Source of the DNA: Meiothermus sp.
Lineage (GTDB): Bacteria; Deinococcota; Deinococci; Deinococcales; Thermaceae
NCBI GenBank assembly: GCA_033762915.1
Contig: JANRLD010000027.1
Coordinates: 26,825-90,824, forward strand
DNA: 64,000 nt
Reading direction: 5' to 3'
Shown here: piece by piece, positions 10,596 to 21,475 of the stretch
Layout: the number at the start of each line of letters is the position of its first letter
How positions within the stretch are numbered: the first letter of the stretch is position 1
Position numbers and translations under genes: made by a program
Notes under the pieces: generated by a model
Databases searched by the model: none
Seen by the model: the letters and a program-made list of their open reading frames with translations, nothing else
What the model was told of the DNA's origin: nothing

Positions 10596-12134
10596 ATGCA
10601 CCGTCTTCTCGCCCTCTTTCTTTTGATCGGAGTTGCCCTCGGTCAGTCGGCTTTCATCCATACGCCCCAGGGACGGCTACGCGGCGGCCTAAACCAGGAG
10701 GCGGGCGTGGCCTTCTTCCTGGGGATGCCCTACGCCAGGGCCGAGCGCTGGAAGGCTCCGCAGGCGGTCGAGCGGCTCGGCTCGCTGCCCGGGGAGCTGT
10801 TTGATGCCACCCGTCCGGGGCCTTCTTGCCCGCAGCGGGGGGTATTCACGACCCGGCTGGGCGGCTATATCCCGCCCTTTAGCGAGGACTGCCTCAACCT
10901 GGGGGTCTGGATGCCGACCGCCGCTCCCCCGCCGGGTGGCTACCCCGTGATGTTTTGGGTCCACGGCGGCAGTTACATCGGGGGGAGCTGGTCCGAGCCG
11001 CTCTACGACGGGACGGCGCTGGCCTCTAAGGGCGTGGTGGTGGTGGGGATCAACTACCGACTGGGCTCGCTGGGCTGGCTGGCCCTGCCGGACCTGCAAA
11101 AAGAGTCCGGAGACGGCTCGGCGGGCAATTACGGTCTGCTGGACATGGTGGCCGCACTGCGCTGGGTGCGGCGCAACATCGCGGCCTTCGGGGGCAATCC
11201 CGAGAACGTCACCGTGTTCGGGCAATCGGCCGGCGGGATGGCAGCCTGCACCCTGATGGCCTCGCCAAAGGCCCAAGGTCTGTTCCACAAGGCCATCGTC
11301 AAGTCGGGGGGATGTGAGTATGTGCGCACCCTCGAGCAGGGCTTCGCCTGGGGCGAGGAGTGGGCCAGGCTGTGGGGCTGCAGCGGCTCGGACCTGGCCT
11401 GCCTGCGCCGGCTCCCGCTCGAGCGCCTCTTTGCCCCCGAAGACCGCAGCATCGGGGCGCTGTTGCAGCGGGCTCCGGCGGGCGAGTTCGGCGATGGACC
11501 ATGGAAGCCGCACCTCGACGGGGTGAACCTGGCAAAGGTGCCGCTAGAAGCCTTGCGCGACGGTGAGGCTGCGGGCATCCCGCTGATGGTCGGGGCGACC
11601 GCCCAGGAGGGCTGGTCAGAGCGGTTCATCGGCCCCCAGAACTGGGAAGATTTCGGGCGGGGCGTCGAGGAGAAGCTGAGGCGGCCCGGTGTGGCGGCCC
11701 GGGCGGTCGGGATGTACCGAGCCCGCTACGAAAACCCGGCCGAGGCCTGGGCCTACTTCCAGACCGACCGCATCCTGCTGTGCCCGACCTTCCTGGGCGG
11801 CGCGGCGCAGATGCGCAACGTGGAGACCTACGGCTATCTCTTCAGCTGGGTCTCGCCCGACCTCCCCATCCTCGGCAGCCTCCACGGGATTGATCTGCCG
11901 CTGCTGTTCGGCACCGAGCGCTCCTGGCCGAACACCCTCCTATTCCTCAGCTCGAGGGCCTACGAAGAGACCCGCCAGACCGCCGAGGCCATGCAGACCT
12001 ACTGGACGGAGTTCGCCCGAACCGGCTTCCTGAAGGACTGGCCCGAGCTGGTTACCGGCCAGGCGATGGAATTCGGAACTCAGACCCGGGTGATCGACAG
12101 CCCCCTTGAAACCCGCTGCGGGCTGTGGCGGTAG
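10596..12134 (+). CDS. secreted type-B carboxylesterase
   Basis: signal peptide, SEDCLNL, HGG, NYRLG, FGQSAGG nucleophile elbow. Confidence 0.9.
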   Translation: MHRLLALFLLIGVALGQSAFIHTPQGRLRGGLNQEAGVAFFLGMPYARAERWKAPQAVERLGSLPGELFDATRPGPSCPQRGVFTTRLGGYIPPFSEDCLNLGVWMPTAAPPPGGYPVMFWVHGGSYIGGSWSEPLYDGTALASKGVVVVGINYRLGSLGWLALPDLQKESGDGSAGNYGLLDMVAALRWVRRNIAAFGGNPENVTVFGQSAGGMAACTLMASPKAQGLFHKAIVKSGGCEYVRTLEQGFAWGEEWARLWGCSGSDLACLRRLPLERLFAPEDRSIGALLQRAPAGEFGDGPWKPHLDGVNLAKVPLEALRDGEAAGIPLMVGATAQEGWSERFIGPQNWEDFGRGVEEKLRRPGVAARAVGMYRARYENPAEAWAYFQTDRILLCPTFLGGAAQMRNVETYGYLFSWVSPDLPILGSLHGIDLPLLFGTERSWPNTLLFLSSRAYEETRQTAEAMQTYWTEFARTGFLKDWPELVTGQAMEFGTQTRVIDSPLETRCGLWR

Positions 12135-12143
12135 AATGGCCCG

Positions 12144-12794
12144 GTGCCAGTCCTGGAAGTCTCGAGCGCCGACCAGTATCTGATCGCCACCGGCGAAACT
12201 CCACTGCTGGAGATCTACTCAGCCCTGCCGGAGGGGCTGTTCCCGCCGTTTCCGCCGGTGGAACTGCCGGGCGGGCTGGGCGGACTTTTGGAGCGCGGTG
12301 GTTTCGGGCAGACCTTCTTCCTGGGAAGCGAGGTGTTGGGTCTGCGCTTTAGGTCGCCCAAGGGGCACAGTGTGCAGGCTGGTGGCCTGACGGTCAAGAA
12401 CGTACAGGGCTACGATCTGGTCCGGCCCTTCGTGGGCAGTTTCGGGGCGCTGGGGCGTTTGTCCGACGCCACACTGCGCCTTCGCCCCGGGAGAGCCGCC
12501 TGCTTTTTGCGCAACAAGGGCGAACTGCTCGAGCCCCCCATTCGTCCCCGCTTTCTCTGGCAGGAGACCGGCTGGCTCTATGCCTACCACTTCGGCCACC
12601 CCAAGGAAGTCCTGCGCTTCGCCCAGACCTTCGGCGGTGAAGAGGTTAAGGGGCCACTCGACCTCACCCCGCTCTTTCCCGACGGCATGGGGGTCGGCCC
12701 CGGTAACGTCATCGACTTGCGCCAGAGCTGGGCCAATGGTGGCGGACGCCCCGAGATGCCCGAGGTCTTCCGGCGGCTGGTGGAAGCGCTGTAG
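12144..12794 (+). CDS. FAD-binding oxidoreductase subunit, GlcE-like
   Basis: [13 protein letters not shown]...GSFGALG motif of the FAD_binding_4 family; short, GTG start. Confidence 0.7.
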   Translation: MPVLEVSSADQYLIATGETPLLEIYSALPEGLFPPFPPVELPGGLGGLLERGGFGQTFFLGSEVLGLRFRSPKGHSVQAGGLTVKNVQGYDLVRPFVGSFGALGRLSDATLRLRPGRAACFLRNKGELLEPPIRPRFLWQETGWLYAYHFGHPKEVLRFAQTFGGEEVKGPLDLTPLFPDGMGVGPGNVIDLRQSWANGGGRPEMPEVFRRLVEAL

Positions 12795-12884
12795 GCCTGC
12801 ATGGAAGTGAGGTAAAGGGGGTTGACAGTCCGCCCGGTCGCCCTCCTCCTTCCGCTTTCCCTATTCCTCCCCTATCCTTTCCCC

Positions 12885-13751
12885 ATGACGCCCCTCTTCA
12901 CCGTCCCCAAGAACCTCGAGCCCTTCCAGCACAGGGTGCAGGTGGGTCAGGTTGGTTTGCATGTCTACGACACGGTCCAGCCGCAGAACCGCACCTTCGT
13001 GCTGATCCACGGGCTGGGCGACGAGGCCGACAGTTGGCGCAAGGTATTCGAGCCGCTGAGCGGGTTCGGGCGGGTGGTTGCGCCTGACCTGCCGGGCTTC
13101 GGGCGCTCCGACCACCCGCGCCGGGCCTACACCCTCGAGTTCTACGCCGAGACGATGGCGGCCCTGCTGCAGACGCTGAAGGTCTCGAGGGCCATCCTGG
13201 TGGGTAATTCGATGGGGGCGGCGGTGGCCCTACGCCTGACCCTGCGTCGCCCGGACCTTTCAGAGCGGCTGGTGCTGGTGGACGGCCCGCCGGTGCGCGG
13301 CAAGCTCAGCAAGGCCCAGATGATGTTTGCCTTGCCGGGGCAGGGGGAAAAGCTCTACAAAGGCTTCCGTGCCTCGCAGGACGCCGCCTACGATTCCTTA
13401 CGGCCCTACTACGGCGACCTCGACAGCCTGAGCGAGGCCGACCGGGCCTTTCTGCGCGAACGGGTCTGGGACCGGGTCTGGAGCGACGACCAGTGCCGGG
13501 CCTACCTCTCGACCTTTCGCTGGATGCTCCTCGAGGGACTACGGGGCCACCCCCGCCAGTCCGACCTGGCCTCCATCCAGCAGCCCGTCCACCTGATCTG
13601 GGGCGATTCGGACCGGGCCATTCCCCTTGAGGCCGCCCAGCTGCTGCAAGGCTGGATGCCCAGGTCCCAACTTTCTATCATTCCAAACTGCGGTCACCTG
13701 CCCCAGCAGGAAAGGCCAGAGGAACTGGTGAGGCTGGTTGTCGGACGGTAA
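12885..13751 (+). CDS. alpha/beta-fold hydrolase
   Basis: IHGLG, PDLPGFGRS, GNSMG, WGDSD, GHLPQQE. Confidence 0.9.
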   Translation: MTPLFTVPKNLEPFQHRVQVGQVGLHVYDTVQPQNRTFVLIHGLGDEADSWRKVFEPLSGFGRVVAPDLPGFGRSDHPRRAYTLEFYAETMAALLQTLKVSRAILVGNSMGAAVALRLTLRRPDLSERLVLVDGPPVRGKLSKAQMMFALPGQGEKLYKGFRASQDAAYDSLRPYYGDLDSLSEADRAFLRERVWDRVWSDDQCRAYLSTFRWMLLEGLRGHPRQSDLASIQQPVHLIWGDSDRAIPLEAAQLLQGWMPRSQLSIIPNCGHLPQQERPEELVRLVVGR

Positions 13752-13831
13752 ACAGGCGGGAGCGGCGCCAACGCTGGGGCCAAACTCAGGGCTTTCAACT
13801 CCATCCAGGCCCCACAGGTCTGGGCGTTCAG

Positions 13832-14236
13832 TTAGCGACCTTGGGTCCTCGAGCCCCTGCACTTCTCGCAGACGCCCTGGTACTCCACCTGGACGCCCTC
13901 GAGTTCGAACTCAGGGTACTTGCGGCGCACCTCACTCAGCAAGTCGGGGAGGGGATGGTTGATGTCGTGGAACTCCCCGCAGTGGCGGCAGACCATGTGC
14001 AGGTGGCCGTCGAGGTTGGCCTCGTAGCGGAGGGCCTCGCCGGGGCGGGTGAGGGGGAGCAGGTGGCCCTCCCGGGTCAGCGCCTCGAGGGTGCGGTAGA
14101 CGGTGCCCAGGCTGATGCTGGGAACGGTTTTGCGAACCTCCTGATACACCCAGGCCGCGTCGGGGTGAAAGTTGGGGGTGCGCTGCACCACCTCGAGGAC
14201 GGCCCGGCGCTGTTTGGTAAGTCGTTTGATCGCCAT
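13832..14236 (-). CDS. Fur-family repressor (PerR-like)
   Basis: HPDA, SLGTVYRTL, HLHMVCRHC, CEKC. Confidence 0.9.
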   Translation of the reverse strand: MAIKRLTKQRRAVLEVVQRTPNFHPDAAWVYQEVRKTVPSISLGTVYRTLEALTREGHLLPLTRPGEALRYEANLDGHLHMVCRHCGEFHDINHPLPDLLSEVRRKYPEFELEGVQVEYQGVCEKCRGSRTQGR

Positions 14237-14474
14237 ATCGGTACGTTGTGTTCAGTCCAGGATAGCAATTCCGACTGAACCTATCAAGATTCAGTGTACA
14301 GCAAGAATTGTTAAGTTAAGCTGAAGCCGGATACATTGAGGGCCTGCCCCGATGTTACCTTGGAGGAGGGCACAGCCTGCGCGCATAAGGCCCGAGGGAC
14401 GCGCGCGTTCAGCTCTGTACAGGCGCTTCGCGCCCAACAGTAGGTCTCGGTTAGGCGGCGAAAATGCCCCTCCT

Positions 14475-16580
14475 TCAGGCGACGGGTTGTACCGTCACCG
14501 CCACGCCCGACAGGGCCGCGTTACCGGTAAGGGGGTCGAGCTCGAGTTCGTCGGTCAGGTCGTTGATCGAGGCCCCGGCGTGCTGCCGGGCGACCTCGAG
14601 CCGGGTACCCTCCCGGGTGTGTCCGTAGCCGTGGGGGAGGCTGACCACGCCGGGCATGATCCTATCGCTGACCTCCGCCCGAACTTCAACACAACCCACC
14701 CGCGAGCGCACCTGCACCGTCGAGCCGTCGGCGATACCCCTGGCCTCAGCGTCGCGGGGATGGATGATCAGGGTGCAGCGGTCAGGGCCGCGCACCAGAC
14801 GCGGGCTGTTGTGCATCCAGGAGTTGTTGCTGCGCAGGTGCCGACGCCCGATGAGCTGGAGCTGGGAGGGGGCTTGGCCCAGTAGGGACTCGGCTCGAGG
14901 CAGGTCCTTCAGCATCCGCTCGGGGGCGAGGTTGATCTGATGGTTGGGGGTCAGGAGCCGCTGGGGGAGGCGGGGCTGGAGCGGGCCTAGGTCGAGGCCG
15001 TGCGGGTTGGCCCGGAGCTGCTCGAGGCTCAGCCCGTACTGCCCGCTTCGCAGGCCTTGTTCGAGTTTTTCTGCCGGGTCGCGCGGTGCGGGCAGCTCCG
15101 CGCCCTCGGGCAGGGTCATGCGGTTGCGAAGCTCCTCGAAGATTTCCCAGTCGTACTTGGCCCCCTCAGCCTTGGGGAAGAGGGGCTCAGAGTATTTGGC
15201 GGTATTGTGCACCGCGAAGGTGTGGAAAACCAAATCGTAGTGGGCGGTCTCGAGGCCGGTCGCGGGCGGCAGGATCAGGTGGGCGTGGCGGGTGGTCTCG
15301 TTGACGTAGAGGTCAACGGCGACCATGAACTCAAGCCCTCCTAGGGCCTGCTCGAGCTGCCGGCTATTGGGGGTGGAGAGTACCGGGTTTCCGCAGCTCG
15401 TCACCAGCGCCCGGATCTGCCCCTCGCCGGGGGTCAGGATCTCCTCGGCCAGTGCAGCCACCGGCAGCTCGCCGTCGAACTCCGGAAGGCCGCGGACCCG
15501 TGTCTTCCAGCGCCCGAAAATTTCCTCGAAGCCCTTGGAGCGCACCATCTCCACGGCAGGGCTGGTGAACATGGCCCCGCCCGCCCGGTCGAGGTTGCCG
15601 GTAAGCACATTAACCGCGTTGACCAGCCACTGGCACAGCCCCCCAAAGGCCTGGGTTGAGAGCCCGATGCGCCCGTAGCAGACCGCGCTGGGGCTCTCGG
15701 CGAACTCCCGCACAATTTGGCGTAAGGCGGCGGCCTCGAGGCCGGTGGCCCCGGCCGCCCGCTCGGGGGTGAAAGCCAGGGTAGCCTCGCGCAGCGCCTC
15801 CAGGCCCTCTGTAAAGTCGGAGAGCCGCTCGAGCCGGACGTGTCCCTCGGCGAACAGCACATTCACGAAGGCCAGCAGGAACAGCACGTCGCTGCCGGGT
15901 CGGATGAAGTGGTGCGCGTCGGCAGCCTCGGCGGTTTCGGTGCGGCGGGGGTCGAGCACGACCACCTTGCCGCCTCGAGCCTGGATCGCCTTAAGCCGCT
16001 TGCGAACGTTTGGCGAGGTCATGATGCTGCCGTTGGAGGCCAGCGGGTTTGCCCCCAGAATGAGCCAGTGCTGGGTCCGGTCGAGGTCGGGGATGGGGAG
16101 CAGGAACGGGTGGCCGAACATCTGCCAGGCTGCGAAGTGGTGCGGGAGCTGATCGACCGAGGTGGCCGAATAGCGGCTGCGGGTGCCCAGGGCCTTGAAA
16201 AATCCCGGCGCGGTGAGCAAGGTGCCCACATTGTGGACGCTGGGGTTGCCCTGGTAGACCGCGACCGCGTCCGGGCCGTGCCGCTCGCGTATCCCCTTGA
16301 GCTGGCGGGCCACCTCGTCAAAGGCCTCCTCCCAGGAAATTTGCTCCCATCCGGCCGGGGTTCGGCGCACTGGGTGTTTGAGGCGGTCGGGGTCGGCGTA
16401 CACGTCTTGCAGTGCCACCGCTTTGGGGCAGATGTGACCCTGCGAGAGCGGGTCGGCGGGGTCGCCCCGGATGGCCAAGATTTCCTCGCCTTCGAGTTCG
16501 ATCTCGAGGCCGCACATGGCCTCGCAAAGGTTGCAGGTGCGGTAGTGGGTGCGACGCTGGGCGGCAGGCTGGGCTGTCAT
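14475..16580 (-). CDS. molybdopterin-dependent oxidoreductase with N-terminal 4Fe-4S cluster
   Basis: CNLCEAMCG...ICPKA, GANPLASN, RRHLRSNNSWMHN; substrate unknown. Confidence 0.88.
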   Translation of the reverse strand: MTAQPAAQRRTHYRTCNLCEAMCGLEIELEGEEILAIRGDPADPLSQGHICPKAVALQDVYADPDRLKHPVRRTPAGWEQISWEEAFDEVARQLKGIRERHGPDAVAVYQGNPSVHNVGTLLTAPGFFKALGTRSRYSATSVDQLPHHFAAWQMFGHPFLLPIPDLDRTQHWLILGANPLASNGSIMTSPNVRKRLKAIQARGGKVVVLDPRRTETAEAADAHHFIRPGSDVLFLLAFVNVLFAEGHVRLERLSDFTEGLEALREATLAFTPERAAGATGLEAAALRQIVREFAESPSAVCYGRIGLSTQAFGGLCQWLVNAVNVLTGNLDRAGGAMFTSPAVEMVRSKGFEEIFGRWKTRVRGLPEFDGELPVAALAEEILTPGEGQIRALVTSCGNPVLSTPNSRQLEQALGGLEFMVAVDLYVNETTRHAHLILPPATGLETAHYDLVFHTFAVHNTAKYSEPLFPKAEGAKYDWEIFEELRNRMTLPEGAELPAPRDPAEKLEQGLRSGQYGLSLEQLRANPHGLDLGPLQPRLPQRLLTPNHQINLAPERMLKDLPRAESLLGQAPSQLQLIGRRHLRSNNSWMHNSPRLVRGPDRCTLIIHPRDAEARGIADGSTVQVRSRVGCVEVRAEVSDRIMPGVVSLPHGYGHTREGTRLEVARQHAGASINDLTDELELDPLTGNAALSGVAVTVQPVA

Positions 16581-16731
16581 CTTGGAGTGTAGTGTACAGG
16601 GTCAGCCTTGAGGGCAGAAAGGCGGATGCTGGCTGGGGTTCCGTCAGGCCGGCCCGGGATAGCCGGCACGGGTCGAGGGAGGCCGACCGGCGAAGTTTAG
16701 CCCGCGCGGTGGGGTGCTGCCTCGAGCGACA

Positions 16732-17841
16732 TCAGCCCTCTTTGTAGAATTTGGAGTTCAGGTAGAACTCGGTGTACAGCACTTTCAGGAACGAGGCCAT
16801 GGGCACCGAGAGCAACGCCCCTACCAGCCCGAACAGGCTCGAGCCCACCAAAATCGCTCCGATAATGGTCACCGGGTGCAGGCTGGTGGTCTGCCCGATG
16901 ATACGCGGGCTGAGGACGTGGGCCTCGAGCTGGTTGGCTGCCACCACCACCCCCAGAACGGCGAGCACCTGCGGCCAGCCCACCGTTAGGGCCAGCAGCA
17001 CCGCCGGAATGGTCGAGATGATCACGCCGGCGAAGGGGATTAGGTTGAACACCCCAGCCAGCAGCCCCAGTGAACCCGCCAGGGGCACCCCGAAGACCCA
17101 CAGCCCGATGGTGATAAAAAACCCCACCGCCAGCGCCACCAGGAGCTGCCCCCGGATGTAGCCACCCACGGCCTTGTCGAGCTTGCCCGCGAGGTCGGCG
17201 GTGAGCGGCTGGTAGGGCATGGGAACGGCCTGGAAGAGGGTTTGGGAGATTTTGGGCAGGTCGTAGAGCAGATAGATGGAGATAATTAGGGCGGTGAGGA
17301 ACTGGAAGATCCCGCCCAGCAGCGAGGCGAAGAAGCCGATCAGATTACCGCCCTGCGACAGCAGGGCCTGCAGCCCCCGCAACAGCGTTTGGGTGAAGCC
17401 CTCGAGCAAGCTTTGGAGGTTCTCGGCGGCCTGCTGCACCGCGCCCTGGAAGGCCGGGGGCAGTTCGATCTGCCCGACGCGGTCGGGCACCCCCTCGGCC
17501 CAGCGGACCAGCGGGGCCAGCACCTCGGGCAGGGTGGTGGCGAAGCGGGTCAGCTCGTTAACCATGTCGGCGATCAGGACCGAGGCCAGACCGATGAACA
17601 GAATCAGCCCGGTGTAGACCGTCAGGACGCCCAGGAAGCGCGGAAGGCGGCGGCGCTCGAGCGCCCGCACCACCGGGCTGAACAAGTAGGCGAACACGAA
17701 GGCCAGGATCAGCGTGACAATGGCTGTCCGTGCCCCCCCGAACACGAACCCCAGCACCTGAAAAACGCAGAAGAAACCGACCGCGTAGACGGCAATCCGC
17801 ACCCAGAGGAGTTTCCAGACTTCACTCAGGTCTCGTCGCAT
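16732..17841 (-). CDS. AI-2E family transporter
   Basis: multi-TM, GGYIRGQL, NLIPFAG, QLEAHVLSP, LHPV; start trimmed to MRRDL. Confidence 0.88.
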   Translation of the reverse strand: MRRDLSEVWKLLWVRIAVYAVGFFCVFQVLGFVFGGARTAIVTLILAFVFAYLFSPVVRALERRRLPRFLGVLTVYTGLILFIGLASVLIADMVNELTRFATTLPEVLAPLVRWAEGVPDRVGQIELPPAFQGAVQQAAENLQSLLEGFTQTLLRGLQALLSQGGNLIGFFASLLGGIFQFLTALIISIYLLYDLPKISQTLFQAVPMPYQPLTADLAGKLDKAVGGYIRGQLLVALAVGFFITIGLWVFGVPLAGSLGLLAGVFNLIPFAGVIISTIPAVLLALTVGWPQVLAVLGVVVAANQLEAHVLSPRIIGQTTSLHPVTIIGAILVGSSLFGLVGALLSVPMASFLKVLYTEFYLNSKFYKEG

Positions 17842-18039
17842 CTGCACTACCTTACCAGGGAACCTTAGGGAGAGGGAGGAGGTGAGGAAAAGGACAAGGG
17901 TCAAACCCCAGTTGGCGATTGGACCGGGGCCGAGAATCTTCGAAGCTGGCCGTTGATGCAGCTTGTGGGTACCCGTGCACGGCATATGCGGGTTCTTCAG
18001 ACCCACTAAGCGCAGCCAAAACCCTCGCCCCTCAACCGC

Positions 18040-18843
18040 TCACGGCGCCACCAGCCCGAAGCGCTGACTAACCCGGGCTCGAGTCTGTGCTGGCGTGGTA
18101 CCCGATCCGAAAAACTGGCCCCGGTCGGGCTGGCCATTCCACAGCTCGAATAGCAGCCGGGCGTTGTCGCGGGTGCCGTTCACGCCATCCTCGAGGCCGC
18201 TGTTGCCCACCCGCCCGATCCACTGGCCGGCCTCCACCTTGCTCCCGACCCTGATCCCCGGCGCGATGGATGAGAGGTGGGCGTAGATCGTCACCGCACC
18301 GCCGGTGTGGCGCACCCAGACCTCACGCCCGCGCAGGCGGTTCATCTGCTCGGGGTTGGCCCCGCCCACCACCGCCCGCAGCAGCGCTCGGAACTGTGCG
18401 GCGCTCAGTTCCTGGAAACCGGTCTCGGCCCGGATCACCTCGCCGCCGGCAGCGGCCAGTACGGCCGTCCCGAAGCGTACCGGGATGCAGGCGTCGTCGC
18501 TGGTGAAGACTACCCCAGGGTTGACGCCCCGACGGTAGGTTCTGGTGGCCCCTGGGAGGTTGGTGTCGCTGCGTGGGGCGCAGGCACCGGGCAGGGGAGA
18601 GCGGAAGGTGAGGGTTTGGCCGGCAGGCCGTGGAGGCTGCGCGGGCTGGGTCCGGGGCGTGGGGCGTTCGGGTTCGGGGGCGGGCGAGGTCGCGGCGGCC
18701 TGGGTGGACGGGCGCTGCGCGGCCTCCTCTTGGGCGTTGCGGAGGTCGGTGACCTGTGAGCGCAGGTTGGTGATTTGCGAGCACTGATAGAACGACAGCA
18801 AGACCAATAGCCCCAGCAGAATCCACCCCGGCTTGATACCCAT
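18040..18843 (-). CDS. M23-family peptidase-like protein with degenerate metal site
   Basis: N-terminal TM, Pro-rich linker, TIYAHL and IGRVGNSG; the HxxxD and HxH positions read NPGVV and RLL. Confidence 0.7.
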   Translation of the reverse strand: MGIKPGWILLGLLVLLSFYQCSQITNLRSQVTDLRNAQEEAAQRPSTQAAATSPAPEPERPTPRTQPAQPPRPAGQTLTFRSPLPGACAPRSDTNLPGATRTYRRGVNPGVVFTSDDACIPVRFGTAVLAAAGGEVIRAETGFQELSAAQFRALLRAVVGGANPEQMNRLRGREVWVRHTGGAVTIYAHLSSIAPGIRVGSKVEAGQWIGRVGNSGLEDGVNGTRDNARLLFELWNGQPDRGQFFGSGTTPAQTRARVSQRFGLVAP

Positions 18844-18964
18844 GACCCCTATGCTAACGTACAATTCGGGTCGAGGGTCGAAGGAGCCGAGGCTAACGGC
18901 AGACGGCGATAAGCCGGCGGCGGAAAACTCTAGCCCGCAGCCCACAGGCGCACCCCATACCGAC

Positions 18965-19345
18965 ATGTTCACCAAACTCCACCACGTCGCCATCATCTGC
19001 CGGGACTATCACCGTTCCAAGCGTTTTTATGTAGAGGTCCTGGGGCTGACCCCAATCCGCGAGGTCTACCGGGCCGAGCGAGAGTCCTACAAGCTGGACT
19101 TGCAGGTCGGTGGCTCACAGCTCGAGCTGTTTTCCTTCCCCGACCCGCCCCCGCGCCCCTCCCGGCCCGAGGCGTCGGGCTTGCGCCACCTGGCCTTCGC
19201 GGTCGAAGACATCGAGCGGGTAATAGCCCACCTTGAGCGCCACCAGGTCGAAGTCGAGCCCGTGCGCCTGGACCCCCATACCGGCAAGCGCTTCACCTTC
19301 TTCGCCGACCCCGACGGGCTGCCGCTCGAGGTGTACGAAAGCTGA
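18965..19345 (+). CDS. VOC/glyoxalase-family protein (YaeR-like)
   Basis: LHHVAII, LELFSF, GLRHLAF, FFADPDGLPLE. Confidence 0.9.
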   Translation: MFTKLHHVAIICRDYHRSKRFYVEVLGLTPIREVYRAERESYKLDLQVGGSQLELFSFPDPPPRPSRPEASGLRHLAFAVEDIERVIAHLERHQVEVEPVRLDPHTGKRFTFFADPDGLPLEVYES

Positions 19346-19485
19346 AGGCATCGCGGAGGAGAAGCACTGGGCTCTTTCTTTCTCACCGTCTGCAACAATC
19401 CCCTGCTAAGGCCGGCGGGCGCCTGTTAACCGTTCCCTCTACCCAATCACTTTTGTCCCACACTCCCCGACTTATACTTTCCACG

Positions 19486-20406
19486 ATGCGCCCGATGCCT
19501 GTCGTCTCGCCCGGTTTCGCCATAGCGCTTAGCCTGGTGGTGGCGATTGTGGTGTTCGGGCTGAAGTGGGTGGCTTACCGGCTTACGGGATCGGTGGCGC
19601 TGTTCTCGGACGCGCTGGAGTCCATCGTCAACATTGTGGCGGCGGCGGCGGCGCTGGTGGCAGTGCAGATCGCCCGGCGGCCGGCCGACGCCAACCACCC
19701 CTACGGCCATACCAAGGCCGAGTACTTTTCGGCGGTGCTCGAGGGCGTCCTGATTGCACTGGCCGCGATCTCCATCGTGCGCTACGCCTACGAGAAACTG
19801 CTCAGCCCCGAGCCGGCCGTCTCGCTGGGCGTGGGGCTGGCGGTGTCGGTGTTCGCCTCCGGCCTCAACGCCGCGCTGGCCTGGTTCCTGATCCAAAACG
19901 GCCGACGCTCCCGCTCGCCCGCCGTGGCCGCCGACGGCTGGCACATCCTCACCGACGTGTACACCTCGCTGGGCGTGCTGGTGGGGGTGAGCCTGGCCTA
20001 CCTCACCGGCTGGTGGCTGCTGGACCCGCTGCTGGCGATCCTGGTAGCCATAAACATCCTTTGGGTGGGCTGGCGCCTGGTGCGCGACTCGGTAGGCGGG
20101 CTGATGGACGAGGCGGTGCCCGAGGCCGAGCTGAACGAGATTCGGGACGAACTCGAGCGCACCCTCCGGGGCCTGGCCACCAACGGCGAGGTGCTCGAGG
20201 TGCACGACCTCCGCAGCCGCAAAGCTGGGCCTCGCACCTTCGTGGAGTTCCACCTGGTGGTTCCTGGCCCGATGAGCGTGGATCGGGCGCACCAGATCTG
20301 CGACCGCATCGAGAACGGCCTCAAGGCCAACCTCGCCAACGTTCAGGTCACCATCCACGTCGAGCCCGACCACAAGGCTAAGCACTCGACTTTTCGGGTC
20401 GGGTAG
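19486..20406 (+). CDS. cation diffusion facilitator transporter
   Basis: SDALES, HPYGHTKAEY, ADGWHILTD, IHVEP. Confidence 0.92.
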   Translation: MRPMPVVSPGFAIALSLVVAIVVFGLKWVAYRLTGSVALFSDALESIVNIVAAAAALVAVQIARRPADANHPYGHTKAEYFSAVLEGVLIALAAISIVRYAYEKLLSPEPAVSLGVGLAVSVFASGLNAALAWFLIQNGRRSRSPAVAADGWHILTDVYTSLGVLVGVSLAYLTGWWLLDPLLAILVAINILWVGWRLVRDSVGGLMDEAVPEAELNEIRDELERTLRGLATNGEVLEVHDLRSRKAGPRTFVEFHLVVPGPMSVDRAHQICDRIENGLKANLANVQVTIHVEPDHKAKHSTFRVG

Positions 20407-20416
20407 AGTATCCCCC

Positions 20417-21238
20417 ATGCCGCTCAACGAGACTGCGATCCAATTCGACACAGACGGTCAGCGTATCCACGGGATGCTGCACCTGCCCCTGAACCCGGCG
20501 GACAAAGTTCCCGCCGTGCTAATGCTGCACGGCTTTACCGGGCAGCGGATGGAGCCGCACCGGCTGTTCGTGCTGTTCTCCAGGCTCCTCGCCCGCCATG
20601 GTATCGCCAGCCTGCGCTTCGACTTCCGGGGCTCGGGAGAGTCGGAAGGTGGGTTTGAAGAGATGACCGTCAGCCGCGAGATCGAGGACGTGATGGCCGC
20701 CCACCGGTTCCTGCTTTCGCGCCCCGAGGTGGACCCCTCGAGGGTTGGGCTGCTGGGGCTTTCGATGGGCGGCATGGTGGCAGCGCTGAGCGTGGCGCGC
20801 CTTGAGGTCGCGGCGCTGTGTCTGTGGGCCCCGGCGCACCCAAAGCTGTGGCTTGGCGAGTTCAGCGAGGAGCAACGCAAAGTGTTGCCTCAGCTTTTCG
20901 CCCAAGCCGAGCGGGAGGGAAAGCTGCCGCCGGGGGTTCGGACGCTGCCGGACGGCTCCGGCACTGACTGGAACGGCAACCCGGTCGGCTGGGGTTTTTT
21001 CGCCGACCTCGAGCGCCACGAGCCTTTCGACTCGGTTAGGAGCCACCGTAACCCCGCGCTGGTCGTTCATGGCACCGCCGACCCCACCGTTCCCTTCGCG
21101 ATTGGGGAGGCCTACGCCAGATCGATGGGGGCGCCGCTGCGCCCAATAGAAGGTGGACTCCACACGTTCGAGGTCGTGCCCCACCAGGCCGAGGTCCATC
21201 AGGTGACCCTCGAGTTTTTCAAGCAGCACTTGGGCTAG
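20417..21238 (+). CDS. alpha/beta hydrolase (esterase-like)
   Basis: LHGFTG, RFDFRGSGES, GLSMGG, HGTAD. Confidence 0.88.
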   Translation: MPLNETAIQFDTDGQRIHGMLHLPLNPADKVPAVLMLHGFTGQRMEPHRLFVLFSRLLARHGIASLRFDFRGSGESEGGFEEMTVSREIEDVMAAHRFLLSRPEVDPSRVGLLGLSMGGMVAALSVARLEVAALCLWAPAHPKLWLGEFSEEQRKVLPQLFAQAEREGKLPPGVRTLPDGSGTDWNGNPVGWGFFADLERHEPFDSVRSHRNPALVVHGTADPTVPFAIGEAYARSMGAPLRPIEGGLHTFEVVPHQAEVHQVTLEFFKQHLG

Positions 21239-21373
21239 CAGAGCGGAATCAAGTCACGTCCAATGGCCTGAACAACCCCGGCGCGAGGAGTGTTCGCGGA
21301 TGGGTGGGTGTGCCCTGATGCACTAGGGTGGCTATGGAGCCGAGGGTGAAAACTGCCCTTATCGTGTTTCCCC

Positions 21374-21460
21374 CCAATACTCCGCCCACGATGCCGCGCT
21401 AGACCATGCGCTAAAGCCGAGTATTGCGCTCGGTACGGCAAAGACCGCCGAACAGAGTGT
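21374..21460. repeat. REP-like repeat family B copy
   Basis: CCAATACTCCG...GAGTATTGCGCTCGGTACGGCAAAGACCGCCG shared with 58340-58403. Confidence 0.75.
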
Positions 21461-21475
21461 TTGTGGGAACCGCCC

